Shown here: piece after piece, positions 11,501 through 20,289 of the stretch | How positions within the stretch are numbered: position 1 is the stretch's first letter | Layout: every line of letters begins with the position of its first letter | Program-made: the position numbers and the translations under genes | The notes under the pieces: model-generated | Seen by the model: only the letters and a program-made list of their open reading frames with translations | Databases searched by the model: none | Told to the model about the DNA's origin: nothing | Assembly (NCBI GenBank): GCA_963702205.1 | Contig: OY969724.1 | Coordinates: 3,872,001 to 3,936,000 of the forward strand | DNA: 64,000 nucleotides | Origin: an uncultured candidate division Zixibacteria bacterium | GTDB lineage: Bacteria; Zixibacteria; MSB-5A5; GN15; PGXB01 | Reading direction: 5' to 3'

Positions 11501-11658
11501 CTCGCGCGGTTATCGGCGGCCTGACCGTCTCGACATTAATCACACTCGTTCTCATTCCCATTACGTATAATAGTGTGTACGGCCTTCTGGAGCGAATTCG
11601 CGCCAAACGTCGTATAACCTCGCCCTCACCCGCGCCGCTTACCGGCGAATCGTCATAA
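8542..11658 (+). CDS. RND efflux permease (AcrB/AcrD/AcrF family)
   Basis: Start at ATG 8542 overlaps the MFP stop (ATGA). Motifs LPVDLLP, GLIVDNSIVVLENI, GIVVNNAIVLID and RLRPILMT. Confidence 0.93.
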   Translation: MNITRISVKRPIATSMVFLIVIVLGITGFRFLPVDLLPPIDFPRLTVSTSYPNVGPEEIETIITDKVENSIASVPNVTRVRSVSEEGRSRVTLEFSQGTNIDAAADDIRAALDRIRDDFPPEVEAPRLFKFDPDNFPVVILGAYSEHSMDQMTLILEREISQRFEQIPGVGSIDVWGGVYREIQVRLKRDRLASSHLSASDVRAALQRENVTLPGGDMREGVSDMYVRTRGEYQSLDEIANTIITVVDGYPIRVRDVAEVVDSFEDVNRVVQVDGRPMVRLGIRKQSGANTVEVARQARAVMNQINNERDDVKLMMVIDQSDFIQNSINNVKQSALFGGILAILILYLFLRNGSTTFIIALSIPISIIATFGLLFFDNLTLNQMSFGGLALGIGLIVDNSIVVLENIVRLRENKHSLEESALVGTKQVTGAIIASTLTTIVIFLPVVFMRTISGMLFRELALVVVFALLCSLVVALTVVPMLASRFLTIPVGEKAEKAHRSRIGRWFDQLENRYVGLLGKAMHHKKIVYGVTLSLMVITLMLWPLIPVELMPQTDADEIDIDLMMAQGTNIAVVDLYLKDLEKKVREIAPMDQLRHITTQIRSGDATVEIALKGAGERTINSLALADKIRRGVSGEIPGADIRVSAQSGLWMLRRLFGSGGSEAIQIELRGYDLNIADRVANNIKLAAEKVPEISDVRVSRREGRPEQNLIVDREKIADLGLSVNDIAQVVQTNIGGSQAGVYREGGEEYPITVRLQPEDRLTTNDLSNVSIHTPRGDIVPVSSVVHAERRRGPTEIERIDGQRVTYITANLQSGAALVDVIKKLQKAVRGVPLPQGFSVVFGGEYEEQQKAATDFMLSILMAVILIYMVMAAQFERFLDPLIVMITVPLAIVGVVPTLLLTGTTLNIQSLMGVVMLLGIVVNNAIVLIDYINLMRREHDLEIKDAVLQSAKLRLRPILMTTSTTVLGMLPLAFVLGAGSEIQAALARAVIGGLTVSTLITLVLIPITYNSVYGLLERIRAKRRITSPSPAPLTGESS

Positions 11659-11907
11659 TTTCGGGAGATTTGCCAGATACGGCCCGCGCTGCGCAAATTT
11701 GGAACAACCCTCAGAATCCGCCCGAAATCGCCTTACAGGTCGAAAATGGCCTAAAATAGCCCACCTTTGGTTCCGATAATAAACAAATGAAGGGGCGACG
11801 TGGAAAAGACCGGAAAATCACACAAAAGTCGCAACCACTCCCCCGTTTGCGTTGTTGCAACGTATATAATCCGATTCATGTTTGAAACTAAAGGAAGATA
11901 CACTTAA

Positions 11908-12831
11908 ATGAGCCTGGCAATATCGTCCGCAAAGGACGCCATTGAAAAAACACAGCCCGCGCGAAAGTCGCGGCGGATCCTGTTATGGGTGGTATACCTT
12001 CTCGCCATAGTCATAATAGCGATGTTATTCATCGACGGTTATTCGTATTACCAGACGCCCTACCTGGAACGCCCTCACCATCCCGATTACCGTGAATTCC
12101 GCCCCGCTGGAAGTCGCGGGCTGCTGTACGGTTTCATAGGAGCCGTCATGATGGTACTCATGCTGGTTTACACGATCCGCAAACGAACCAGGCTGTTCGG
12201 GCGGCGAATACCGTTGCGCCCGTTTTTGGACTTTCATATATTTATGGGAGTTTTCGGCCCCCTGATGATAGTGCTGCACACGTCATTCAAGGTGCAGGGA
12301 CTGGTGGCCGTCGCCTTTTGGTCGATGGTGGCCGTGGCGTTGAGCGGCTATTTCGGGCGATATTTATATATGCAGGTTCCGCGAAATATTGAAGATCGCG
12401 AGTTGTCGTTGCAGGAAATCGACCGGCTGGTTGCCCACATGGGACAGGAATTGAAGGACAAGTGGAATCTCAAACAGGAGACGTTGGACAAAATCAATTT
12501 CATTTTCGACAGAGCCTATGGGATCAGTGAAAAGGGCGCTTTAGGCTCGGTGCTGCGTTTATTTGTCAGCGATCTGCGCCGCCCCTGGCTCAAAGCCGGC
12601 TTGAAAAAGCGGCTTAAAAAAGCCATCCCTCTTCCCAAAAAGGAATTCGATTATATGTACCACCTGGCGGCACAGCGGGCCATACTGGTCCGGCGCCTGA
12701 CGGTTCTCGGCAAAGTCCAACGACTGTTTCATTGCTGGCATGTCATACACAAACCGTTCGCAATTATCATGTATGTCATCATGGGAGTGCACATTGGTGT
12801 CGCCATCTGGACAGGCTATGGCTGGTTTTAG
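11908..12831 (+). CDS. Inner-membrane di-heme cytochrome b-like protein (ferric-reductase-like transmembrane domain)
   Basis: Several hydrophobic helices and two H-x13-H pairs (FHIFMGVFGPLMIVLH; HKPFAIIMYVIMGVH). First gene of the multiheme cytochrome operon, with an AAGGAAG RBS. Confidence 0.7.
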   Translation: MSLAISSAKDAIEKTQPARKSRRILLWVVYLLAIVIIAMLFIDGYSYYQTPYLERPHHPDYREFRPAGSRGLLYGFIGAVMMVLMLVYTIRKRTRLFGRRIPLRPFLDFHIFMGVFGPLMIVLHTSFKVQGLVAVAFWSMVAVALSGYFGRYLYMQVPRNIEDRELSLQEIDRLVAHMGQELKDKWNLKQETLDKINFIFDRAYGISEKGALGSVLRLFVSDLRRPWLKAGLKKRLKKAIPLPKKEFDYMYHLAAQRAILVRRLTVLGKVQRLFHCWHVIHKPFAIIMYVIMGVHIGVAIWTGYGWF

Positions 12832-14515
12832 GACGTTAAAATTCAGCGCCAATACGCGCAGAAATATTTATTTGGGGTTGATTATGTCGGTTATGTTTTT
12901 TTCGACTTCACGGGCACAAATATCGCCGGGTGAACTACACCGTGCGCACGCCTTTCTCGAAGGAGTCGAAAACTGCGAAAAATGCCACAGCCCTAAAGGC
13001 GATCAGCTTTCAGATAAATGTCTCGCCTGCCATGTCGCCATAGCCGACGAACGCCATACGGGCCTGGGTCTGCACGGAAACGATGAGTACGCCGAGTGCA
13101 ATCTCTGCCACGTGGAACACCACGGCCGCAACTTCGACCTGATTTATTTCAAAGACGGACAGGAACATTTCGACCACAAACAGACCGGCTTTATGCTCGA
13201 TGGCAAGCACAGCCGGCTGGATTGTCGCCAGTGCCACATACCGAAGTACATTAAAAACGAAAATATTCGCAGAGACAAAAACATCGATCTTCAAACTACT
13301 TTTCTGGGACTCGATTCGTCGTGCACCAACTGCCATTTCGATGAGCATCGCAGGCAGTTGTCGGGCGACTGCCGGTCGTGCCATGGTACAGCGGCGTGGA
13401 AGCCGACACTGGGCTTTGACCACTCCCAAACCGCTTTTGCACTGTTGGGCCAACATCAGAAAGTCGCCTGTGAGAAATGCCATGTTATGGTGCAGGATAC
13501 GAAAAGCACCGAAGACTCCGAATTTCGCAGGTTCAAACCGGTGGCGTTCGCGGGATGCACCGATTGTCACACCGACGCACACAAGGGCCGTCTCGGTTCC
13601 GATTGCACCGGCTGCCACTCCCCGAACGGCTGGCATAACGTTAAAACGGCCGAGTTCGATCACGATAAGACACAATTTCCTCTTAAAGGCAGGCATGTTT
13701 CGGTGACCTGCAAACAGTGCCACGGCCAACGTCCGACAACCGAGCCGATCAAATTCGCTGCCTGCCGCGACTGCCACGGCGATTTTCACAAAGGCGCTTT
13801 CGCTGCAAGATCGAGCCATGGAGCCTGCGAGGAGTGTCATACCGTCGACGGCTTTGCACCATCGACCTTCGGCATCGCTCGGCACGATACGACCGCTTTT
13901 CCGCTTCAGGGGGCGCATCTGGCTATTCCGTGTCAGAGTTGCCACGTCTTATCGACCTCGACGGGAAAAACGCAGTACAAATTCGTATTCGAATCCACCG
14001 TTTGCCGGGCCTGTCACGACGACCCGCACGGCGGGCGGGTCAACCGGTTTATCGCCGATGGCGGATGCCAGGCGTGTCATTCGGTCGAAACCTGGCGGAC
14101 GGTCAGTTTCGACCATAGTACAACCGATTTCGCTCTTGAAGGCAAACACGCCGGCGTTTCGTGCCGCGACTGTCATCTATTGAAAGATTCGACAAATCTC
14201 GCGTCTATGATCTTCCAGCCGCTCGAAACCGGCTGCGTGTCGTGCCATTCCGGTCCCCATCGAGGGCAGTTCGCCGCGGCGCCCGACGACAAGGATTGTA
14301 CTGCCTGCCATGATCCGTCGTCGTGGAAAAATCTCGCTTTCGATCACGGACGCGATTCCCGATATGCGCTGGAGGGAGCGCACCGACGGGTCGCGTGCAA
14401 AAAATGTCATTTGACGGAGTCGGATGCGTCCGGCTCATTCACACGGTACCGTCCGCTTGATACTCGCTGTGAATCGTGTCATGGAACGAAACCTGTAAAA
14501 CAGGAGTCCGGGTAA
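12818..14515 (+). CDS. Multiheme cytochrome c, 20 CxxCH motifs
   Basis: 20 CxxCH counted by hand, mostly in tri-heme units (FDH..FxLxGxH..CxxCH). Likely start ATG 12818 gives a signal peptide ending SRA|QISPG. Confidence 0.92.
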   Translation: MAGFRTLKFSANTRRNIYLGLIMSVMFFSTSRAQISPGELHRAHAFLEGVENCEKCHSPKGDQLSDKCLACHVAIADERHTGLGLHGNDEYAECNLCHVEHHGRNFDLIYFKDGQEHFDHKQTGFMLDGKHSRLDCRQCHIPKYIKNENIRRDKNIDLQTTFLGLDSSCTNCHFDEHRRQLSGDCRSCHGTAAWKPTLGFDHSQTAFALLGQHQKVACEKCHVMVQDTKSTEDSEFRRFKPVAFAGCTDCHTDAHKGRLGSDCTGCHSPNGWHNVKTAEFDHDKTQFPLKGRHVSVTCKQCHGQRPTTEPIKFAACRDCHGDFHKGAFAARSSHGACEECHTVDGFAPSTFGIARHDTTAFPLQGAHLAIPCQSCHVLSTSTGKTQYKFVFESTVCRACHDDPHGGRVNRFIADGGCQACHSVETWRTVSFDHSTTDFALEGKHAGVSCRDCHLLKDSTNLASMIFQPLETGCVSCHSGPHRGQFAAAPDDKDCTACHDPSSWKNLAFDHGRDSRYALEGAHRRVACKKCHLTESDASGSFTRYRPLDTRCESCHGTKPVKQESG

Positions 14516-16197
14516 TGAAAAATTTCATTTTCCTGATGATTTTACCGGTTATGGCTATGGCTGTCGAGGAACCAGTATCGGAGGTTCAAAATCCCCACGG
14601 AAAACTAATGTGGGACTGCAGCGATTGTCACACGGCCGAATCATGGAGTAAGATACGCTCCGACATGAACTTCGATCATTCCAAAACAGGATTCAACCTG
14701 ATCGGAGCCCACAAACAGGCACTGTGCGCCGAATGTCACAAAAGCCAGGTGTTCAGCCGGGTCGGGACGGCCTGTCTCGACTGTCACGGCGACCATCACG
14801 AGGGCCAGCTCGGAACCAATTGCGAGGAATGCCACACGCCCAGAGACTGGCAGCCCCGTCAGGACCTGCTCATGAAGCACGCCGAAAGGGGTTTCCCACT
14901 CACCGGAGCCCATGCCGTCGCCGACTGTGAATCGTGTCATACGGGGAGCGACCGACTCGAATATGCCGGAACGCCAACCGACTGCGAATCATGCCATATC
15001 AACGACGCCCGGCGCGCGACCGACCCGGATCACAAGCAGGCGGCATTTCGGAGCGATTGCCAGCGATGTCACGACGCCGCTTTCGGAACCTGGACCAGGA
15101 CAACCTATGAACATCCGGCGTCATTTCCTCTGACCGGTGCGCATAGTACTATCGCCTGCGGTGCGTGTCATGCCCTGGGTTTCGCCGGAACGTCGCCGCT
15201 CTGTTTTTCATGCCACGAAACCGAATATACGTCAACCGACGACCCCAAACATCAGGACGCGGGATTTTCCACCGAATGCCAGCAGTGTCATAATACTTTA
15301 GCCTGGCAGCCCGCCTTTTTCGATCATAATAATACCAGTTTCCCGCTGCAGGGTGCGCATATCACGGTAACCTGTCTCGATTGTCATCAGTCGGGATACG
15401 CTGGGACGCCGACGACTTGTGTTCCCTGTCACCAGCAGGATTACGATGGCGCGACTGATCCCAATCATTTTGAGTCGGGCTTTTCTACCGAGTGCCAGGC
15501 TTGTCATACTTTCGATGCCTGGCAACCGGCGACGTTCGATCACAACAACACCGGCTTCCCGCTGCAGGGAGCACATTTGACAGTCGCCTGTATTGATTGT
15601 CACCAGTCGGGTTATGCCGGGACACCGTCAACCTGCGTCCCCTGTCACCAGCAGGATTACGATGGCGCGACTGATCCCAATCATTTTGAGTCGGGCTTTT
15701 CTACCGAGTGCCAGGCTTGTCATACTTTCGATGCCTGGCAACCGGCGACGTTCGATCACAACAACACCAGCTTCCCGCTGCAGGGAGCGCACCTTACGGT
15801 GGCGTGCATAGACTGTCATCAAACGGGCTATGCCGGGACACCGTCAACCTGCGTCCCCTGTCACCAGCAGGATTATGACAACACCTCCGACCCCGATCAC
15901 ATGGCGGCTCAGTTCCCGACCGAGTGCCAGACCTGTCATACGTTCAATGCGTGGGAACCGGCCAACTGGGATCACGACGCCGCCTATTTCCCGATTTATT
16001 CCGGGTCCCATCAGGGCCGGTGGGACAACTGCGTGGAATGTCATACGATACCCACCGATTATTCGGCGTTCGACTGCACGGCCTGCCACGCCCACAACCA
16101 GACCGACACCGATAGAGATCACAACGAAGTACGAAACTACCAGTATGTCAGCAGTGCCTGTTATACCTGTCATCCCACCGGAAGGGGGGGCGATTGA
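14515..16197 (+). CDS. Multiheme cytochrome c, 22 CxxCH motifs, with internal 72-aa tandem repeats
   Basis: 22 CxxCH counted. ATG 14515 overlaps the upstream TAA, with an AGGAG RBS and signal peptide MKNFIFLMILPVMAMA. Confidence 0.92.
   Translation: MKNFIFLMILPVMAMAVEEPVSEVQNPHGKLMWDCSDCHTAESWSKIRSDMNFDHSKTGFNLIGAHKQALCAECHKSQVFSRVGTACLDCHGDHHEGQLGTNCEECHTPRDWQPRQDLLMKHAERGFPLTGAHAVADCESCHTGSDRLEYAGTPTDCESCHINDARRATDPDHKQAAFRSDCQRCHDAAFGTWTRTTYEHPASFPLTGAHSTIACGACHALGFAGTSPLCFSCHETEYTSTDDPKHQDAGFSTECQQCHNTLAWQPAFFDHNNTSFPLQGAHITVTCLDCHQSGYAGTPTTCVPCHQQDYDGATDPNHFESGFSTECQACHTFDAWQPATFDHNNTGFPLQGAHLTVACIDCHQSGYAGTPSTCVPCHQQDYDGATDPNHFESGFSTECQACHTFDAWQPATFDHNNTSFPLQGAHLTVACIDCHQTGYAGTPSTCVPCHQQDYDNTSDPDHMAAQFPTECQTCHTFNAWEPANWDHDAAYFPIYSGSHQGRWDNCVECHTIPTDYSAFDCTACHAHNQTDTDRDHNEVRNYQYVSSACYTCHPTGRGGD
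15318..15960 (+). repeat. About three tandem 216-bp (72-aa, three-heme) coding repeats
   Basis: 15424-15552 is identical to 15640-15768 (129 bp, offset 216). The protein unit FDHNNT.FPLQGAH.TV.C.DCHQ.GYAGTP.TCVPCHQQDYD occurs three times. Confidence 0.9.
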
Positions 16198-17810
16198 GAC
16201 GAACCATCGGAGCAATCTCGCTTGTAGTGCTGATTTTATCGGTACCACTTGTTAATGCGGGCGACAGCGCCTTTAAAGTGACCTATGTCTCCGCGGAGCA
16301 TATCTATATCGACGGCGGAACCGAAGAGGGGTTATCCGTCGGCGATACACTTACGTTTGTCGACAAAAATCCGGACACCACTTTAGTCGAGTTGGTTTAC
16401 ACGGCCGGGCATTCATCTTCCGGGATAAGAATTTCCGGATCAAGCTCACCGGTCGTCGGTGACAAGCTCGTTGCGTCACCAAAGGTACAGACGGAACGTC
16501 CCATGGAACCGAAACCGATTATAGTATCGGAACCGCCGGAAAACGTGCCTGATGAAATAGTGCAGAATCAGCCGTTCGATGATGAGATATCACCAGCGAC
16601 CGAACTTAAGGGCACTATTTCGTTCGGACTCTATCACAGGAGCGATCAGAGCCCGGCCAATCTGGATTTTACTCAGACCAATACCCGCCTGAACCTTAAA
16701 GTGCATCGACTATGGAACGAGCATTTTACGCTGGCGGTTCGTTCGCGGGGACGGTACGACGCCCGGGGCCGGGCCTTCACGCAGGTGGGCAGTTCCGCCT
16801 GGGAGAACCGTTTGTGGGAATTGTCGATGATCTATGAGAACAATGACAACGGCGTGTATGCCGCCGTCGGGAGAATTCTCCCCCGCCGTCTGGCTGCGGC
16901 CGGTTACCTTGATGGTGCGATGGCGGAATTCAGGCTGGCGAATTCGATGCGCCTTGGTGTACTTGGCGGCAGTCAGCCCGACTGGTTGTACCGCACGTCG
17001 GGGCCGTCGCTGAATCGAGGCGGAGCTTACATCACTTTTCTGTCGGGCTCGAGACGTAATTTCTATTTTGAACAAACCCTGGCCGGTATCGGGGAGACCC
17101 ACGCCGACAGAATCAGCCGGTCGTTTGTTGCCTTATCCGGAGTCATGTCGTACGGTTCCCGCTGGGGCATAAGTCACACGGCCGAAATAGATATCAATAC
17201 CGGGTGGCGTAAAGAACGTTCGGGACAAACGGTTGCGGTTTCGAGAGCGTACGTTTACGGATATTATAGATTGAGCCGGGCGCTGCGGTTCGGCCTGAGT
17301 TATGACAATCTCAAGCGCTACTGGACGTATGAATACATTTCGATGGCCGACAGCCTCTTTGACGACCGGGCACGGCGCGGCTGGCGGGCGCGGACCGACC
17401 TGTCGCCCATGCAGAACTGGTATCTGTCCGGAAGTTTCGGCCTGCGGCACAATCCCGAAGAAAACGCCACCGAAACCTATTCGTTCAACGTACGGAAAAC
17501 GAGATTTATAATTCATGCCGTATCGGTTGCGTTTACGAATAACGGTTTCGACGGACCGCACGAGCACGGAACCAATTATTCCGCCCGCGTCCAGGTTTTC
17601 ACGGTCAAGCCGGGGATCTGGCATTTCGCTTACGGGCGGTACAGGTACACCGTGGATGACGTCAACGAAAGCCGAAGCAGTTGGTATCTGGAGTCCGGGC
17701 TCGATACCGATTTCGGCAGAAACTATTATACCGGAGGCTCGGTTCAATACAGTACCGGTGCCGATATCAGCGGCTGGAGATACCAGCTATCAATCGGTTA
17801 CCGGCTTTAA
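16194..17810 (+). CDS. Putative outer-membrane beta-barrel (porin of a porin-cytochrome complex)
   Basis: TTG start overlaps the cytochrome stop. Signal peptide, small N-terminal domain and Pro/Glu linker, then alternating aromatic/polar strands ending in a beta-signal-like YQLSIGYRL. Confidence 0.7.
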   Translation: MRRTIGAISLVVLILSVPLVNAGDSAFKVTYVSAEHIYIDGGTEEGLSVGDTLTFVDKNPDTTLVELVYTAGHSSSGIRISGSSSPVVGDKLVASPKVQTERPMEPKPIIVSEPPENVPDEIVQNQPFDDEISPATELKGTISFGLYHRSDQSPANLDFTQTNTRLNLKVHRLWNEHFTLAVRSRGRYDARGRAFTQVGSSAWENRLWELSMIYENNDNGVYAAVGRILPRRLAAAGYLDGAMAEFRLANSMRLGVLGGSQPDWLYRTSGPSLNRGGAYITFLSGSRRNFYFEQTLAGIGETHADRISRSFVALSGVMSYGSRWGISHTAEIDINTGWRKERSGQTVAVSRAYVYGYYRLSRALRFGLSYDNLKRYWTYEYISMADSLFDDRARRGWRARTDLSPMQNWYLSGSFGLRHNPEENATETYSFNVRKTRFIIHAVSVAFTNNGFDGPHEHGTNYSARVQVFTVKPGIWHFAYGRYRYTVDDVNESRSSWYLESGLDTDFGRNYYTGGSVQYSTGADISGWRYQLSIGYRL

Positions 17811-17832
17811 AACTGCGTCTTGCTGAAGTACT

Positions 17833-19185
17833 ATGGAAAATTTACTCATATGGGGCATCGTGGGAATAATCGCACTGGTTATTTTTGTCCCCTATTTCAT
17901 AAAATTCCGCAAAGAGCAGACAAAATCGGCTCGGCGTCTCGAAGAGGCCCGCTCACTGGGCATACAACCCAAAAGTCAATTTCCACAGATCAACCGGGCC
18001 GCCTGCATCGGTTGCGGTTCCTGCGTCGAGGCCTGCCCCGAGGGTGACGTTCTGGCCGTTGTCTGGGGCACCGCCGAAGTCATCAACGGCGACCGCTGTG
18101 TCGGGCACGGGTTCTGCGAAACGGCCTGCCCGGTGGGAGCGCTTAAAGTCGGTCTTGGCGACGTCAAAAGCCGCCCCGATATTCCGATCCTGACCGAGCA
18201 GAACGAAACCTCGGTGCCGGGGGTCTTTATCGCGGGAGAGCTGAGCGGTATATCGCTGATCCGCCATGCCGTCTCCCAGGGTCAGAAGGTAACAAGGGAG
18301 ATTTTTCGACGAATCAAACAAAACCCACCCGAAGCCAGGTTCGATATAGCCATAGTCGGCGCCGGACCGGCCGGACTTACTGCTGCTCTCACCGCCCACG
18401 AAAGCAATCTGTCGTGTGTCGTGCTCGACCAGTACGACCTGGGCGGAACCATCCTGCACTATCCTCGCAAGAAGTTGGTGATGACGCAGCCGGTGGAAGT
18501 CCCGTACTACGGCCATCTGAACCGCGATGAATATTCCAAAGAAGAACTACTGGACATCTGGCGGCAGGTGGCGAAAACATCGGAACTCGACGTCCGTCCC
18601 GGTCAAAGAGTCGAAAACATCACGGGCCGGGAGGGCTCTTTCACGTTGACCACGTCCGACGGACACGAGTTCAAGGCCGGGTTTGTGGTTCTTGCGCTCG
18701 GACGGAGGGGTACTCCGCGCAAGCTCGGTGCTCCGGGCGAGGACCTTCCGAAAGTACTATACCAACTGATCGACGCCCAGTCGTATCAAAAGCAGCACGT
18801 TCTTGTTGTCGGCGGTGGCGACAGTGCGGTCGAAGCCGCGGTCGGACTGGCCCGTCAGCCCGGAAATAAAGTAACCATATCGTACCGCAAGCCGCGCTTT
18901 TTCAGAATCAAGAAAAAGAACGAAGACGCCATACGGCAGATGATATCATCGAAATCCATCGACGCCGTCTTCGAATCTCAGGTCAAAGAGATCCGGGAAA
19001 CTACGGTGGTGCTAACATCAGCCGACGGCGAAATCGAACTGCCCAACGACGCGGTTATCATACAAGCGGGCGGTATCCCGCCCTTTGAAATGCTCAAAGA
19101 ATTCGGTATTGCCTTCGGCGGCGAATCCATAGGCATCAAAGAAGCCGACGTTCGCTATCTCCAAACCGCCGCCAGCGGGACATAA
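17833..19185 (+). CDS. Membrane-anchored dicluster ferredoxin fused to an FAD/NAD(P)-dependent thioredoxin-reductase-like oxidoreductase
   Basis: N-terminal TM helix, CIGCGSCVEACP and CVGHGFCETACP cluster motifs, GAGPAG (FAD) and GGGDSA (NAD(P)). No redox CxxC in the flavin domain. Confidence 0.85.
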   Translation: MENLLIWGIVGIIALVIFVPYFIKFRKEQTKSARRLEEARSLGIQPKSQFPQINRAACIGCGSCVEACPEGDVLAVVWGTAEVINGDRCVGHGFCETACPVGALKVGLGDVKSRPDIPILTEQNETSVPGVFIAGELSGISLIRHAVSQGQKVTREIFRRIKQNPPEARFDIAIVGAGPAGLTAALTAHESNLSCVVLDQYDLGGTILHYPRKKLVMTQPVEVPYYGHLNRDEYSKEELLDIWRQVAKTSELDVRPGQRVENITGREGSFTLTTSDGHEFKAGFVVLALGRRGTPRKLGAPGEDLPKVLYQLIDAQSYQKQHVLVVGGGDSAVEAAVGLARQPGNKVTISYRKPRFFRIKKKNEDAIRQMISSKSIDAVFESQVKEIRETTVVLTSADGEIELPNDAVIIQAGGIPPFEMLKEFGIAFGGESIGIKEADVRYLQTAASGT

Positions 19186-19263
19186 TCCTGATAAATATTA
19201 TGATTCTTAAGTAGGTCGGGTTCCGAGTCTGCGAGAAACCCGACAACAAGATTATTCGCACCT

Positions 19264-19677
19264 CTATGTCGAAGTATAATAGTGCAAACTGGCGAGAAAT
19301 ATTCCGACCCCGATGGCCATATATACCGGGACGAGGTACATCCGCGATACCGGCAGATGCCGCATGACATACCCCAGTGTCATCATGATTACGACGATAA
19401 TATAGCTGCGCCAGCCCTGAAAAGCGAACAGGCAGACTTTCTCTTTGCCGGGCGCCTGCTCACGGATACGGGCTACGTTATTGCCGACCAGACGAAGGAA
19501 TCCGAATCGATAAACGAAAAATCCGGCCAACAACCCCGCGACAAGCGGTAATGCCCAATCGCCGGGAGCCGTAATCAGCCAGAACGTGGCCATAGAGCAC
19601 AGCACGATCCCGACCGCCGTCCAGACGGCACCGGCCAATATCAGGAGCATTTTTCGACTAACCGCTGGTGAATTCAT
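19264..19677 (-). CDS. Small four-helix membrane protein of unknown function
   Basis: Four hydrophobic segments. Likely start MNSPAVSRK at 19677. Confidence 0.65.
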   Translation of the reverse strand: MNSPAVSRKMLLILAGAVWTAVGIVLCSMATFWLITAPGDWALPLVAGLLAGFFVYRFGFLRLVGNNVARIREQAPGKEKVCLFAFQGWRSYIIVVIMMTLGYVMRHLPVSRMYLVPVYMAIGVGIFLASLHYYTST

Positions 19678-19776
19678 ATTATCACTTACAAATAAAGCCG
19701 TCGTCCCGAAGCATAATACATGCAAATTAAGACAACGGCCTGGCTTGTCAATTTATAACTTCGTGGCCCGGGTGTT

Positions 19777-20262
19777 TTAAACCTGCTCATAAGCCTGTTT
19801 GAGCAGGCTTATATCGAGTTTGGTCATTTTCATCAACGCGGCGATGACCCGTTCGGATTGCTCGGCGGTGCCTTTTTGCATCAATTCACCCAGGATGGTC
19901 GGGACAATCTGCCAGGAAACGCCGTACTGATCCTGCAGCCAGCCGCACTGGTCTTTACGGCCGCCCTCGGACAGCTTTGCCCAGAAATGGTCGACCTCCT
20001 TCTGCGTCTCGCAGTTGACTATAAACGATATCGCCGGAGAAAATTGAAACTGCGGACCACCATTGAGCGCCATGAACTTCTGACCGTCGAGATCAAACAC
20101 GACCGTCATGACCGAACCTTGTTCCCGTCCCGATGCTTCCGCCGCAGCGTTACTGTAGCGGGCGACCTGCAGAATCCGGGAATTTTTAAAGATCGAGACA
20201 TAGAAATTCGCGGCTGCCTCGGCTTGACCGTCGAACCACAGGCAATTGATGAAACCCTTCAT
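19777..20262 (-). CDS. VOC/PhnB-like (3-demethylubiquinone-9 3-methyltransferase family) protein
   Basis: Motifs CLWFDGQAEAAANFY, ALNGGP and CGWLQDQYGVSWQIVP. Confidence 0.9.
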   Translation of the reverse strand: MKGFINCLWFDGQAEAAANFYVSIFKNSRILQVARYSNAAAEASGREQGSVMTVVFDLDGQKFMALNGGPQFQFSPAISFIVNCETQKEVDHFWAKLSEGGRKDQCGWLQDQYGVSWQIVPTILGELMQKGTAEQSERVIAALMKMTKLDISLLKQAYEQV

Positions 20263-20289
20263 TTTATTTAACCCCTCGGTTATGCTTCT

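Noticed and set aside
15318..15960. Periodic repeats as a CRISPR array or DGR template/variable pair
   Set aside because: These are in-frame coding repeats with no spacers, cas genes, reverse transcriptase or adenine-specific mismatch pattern.
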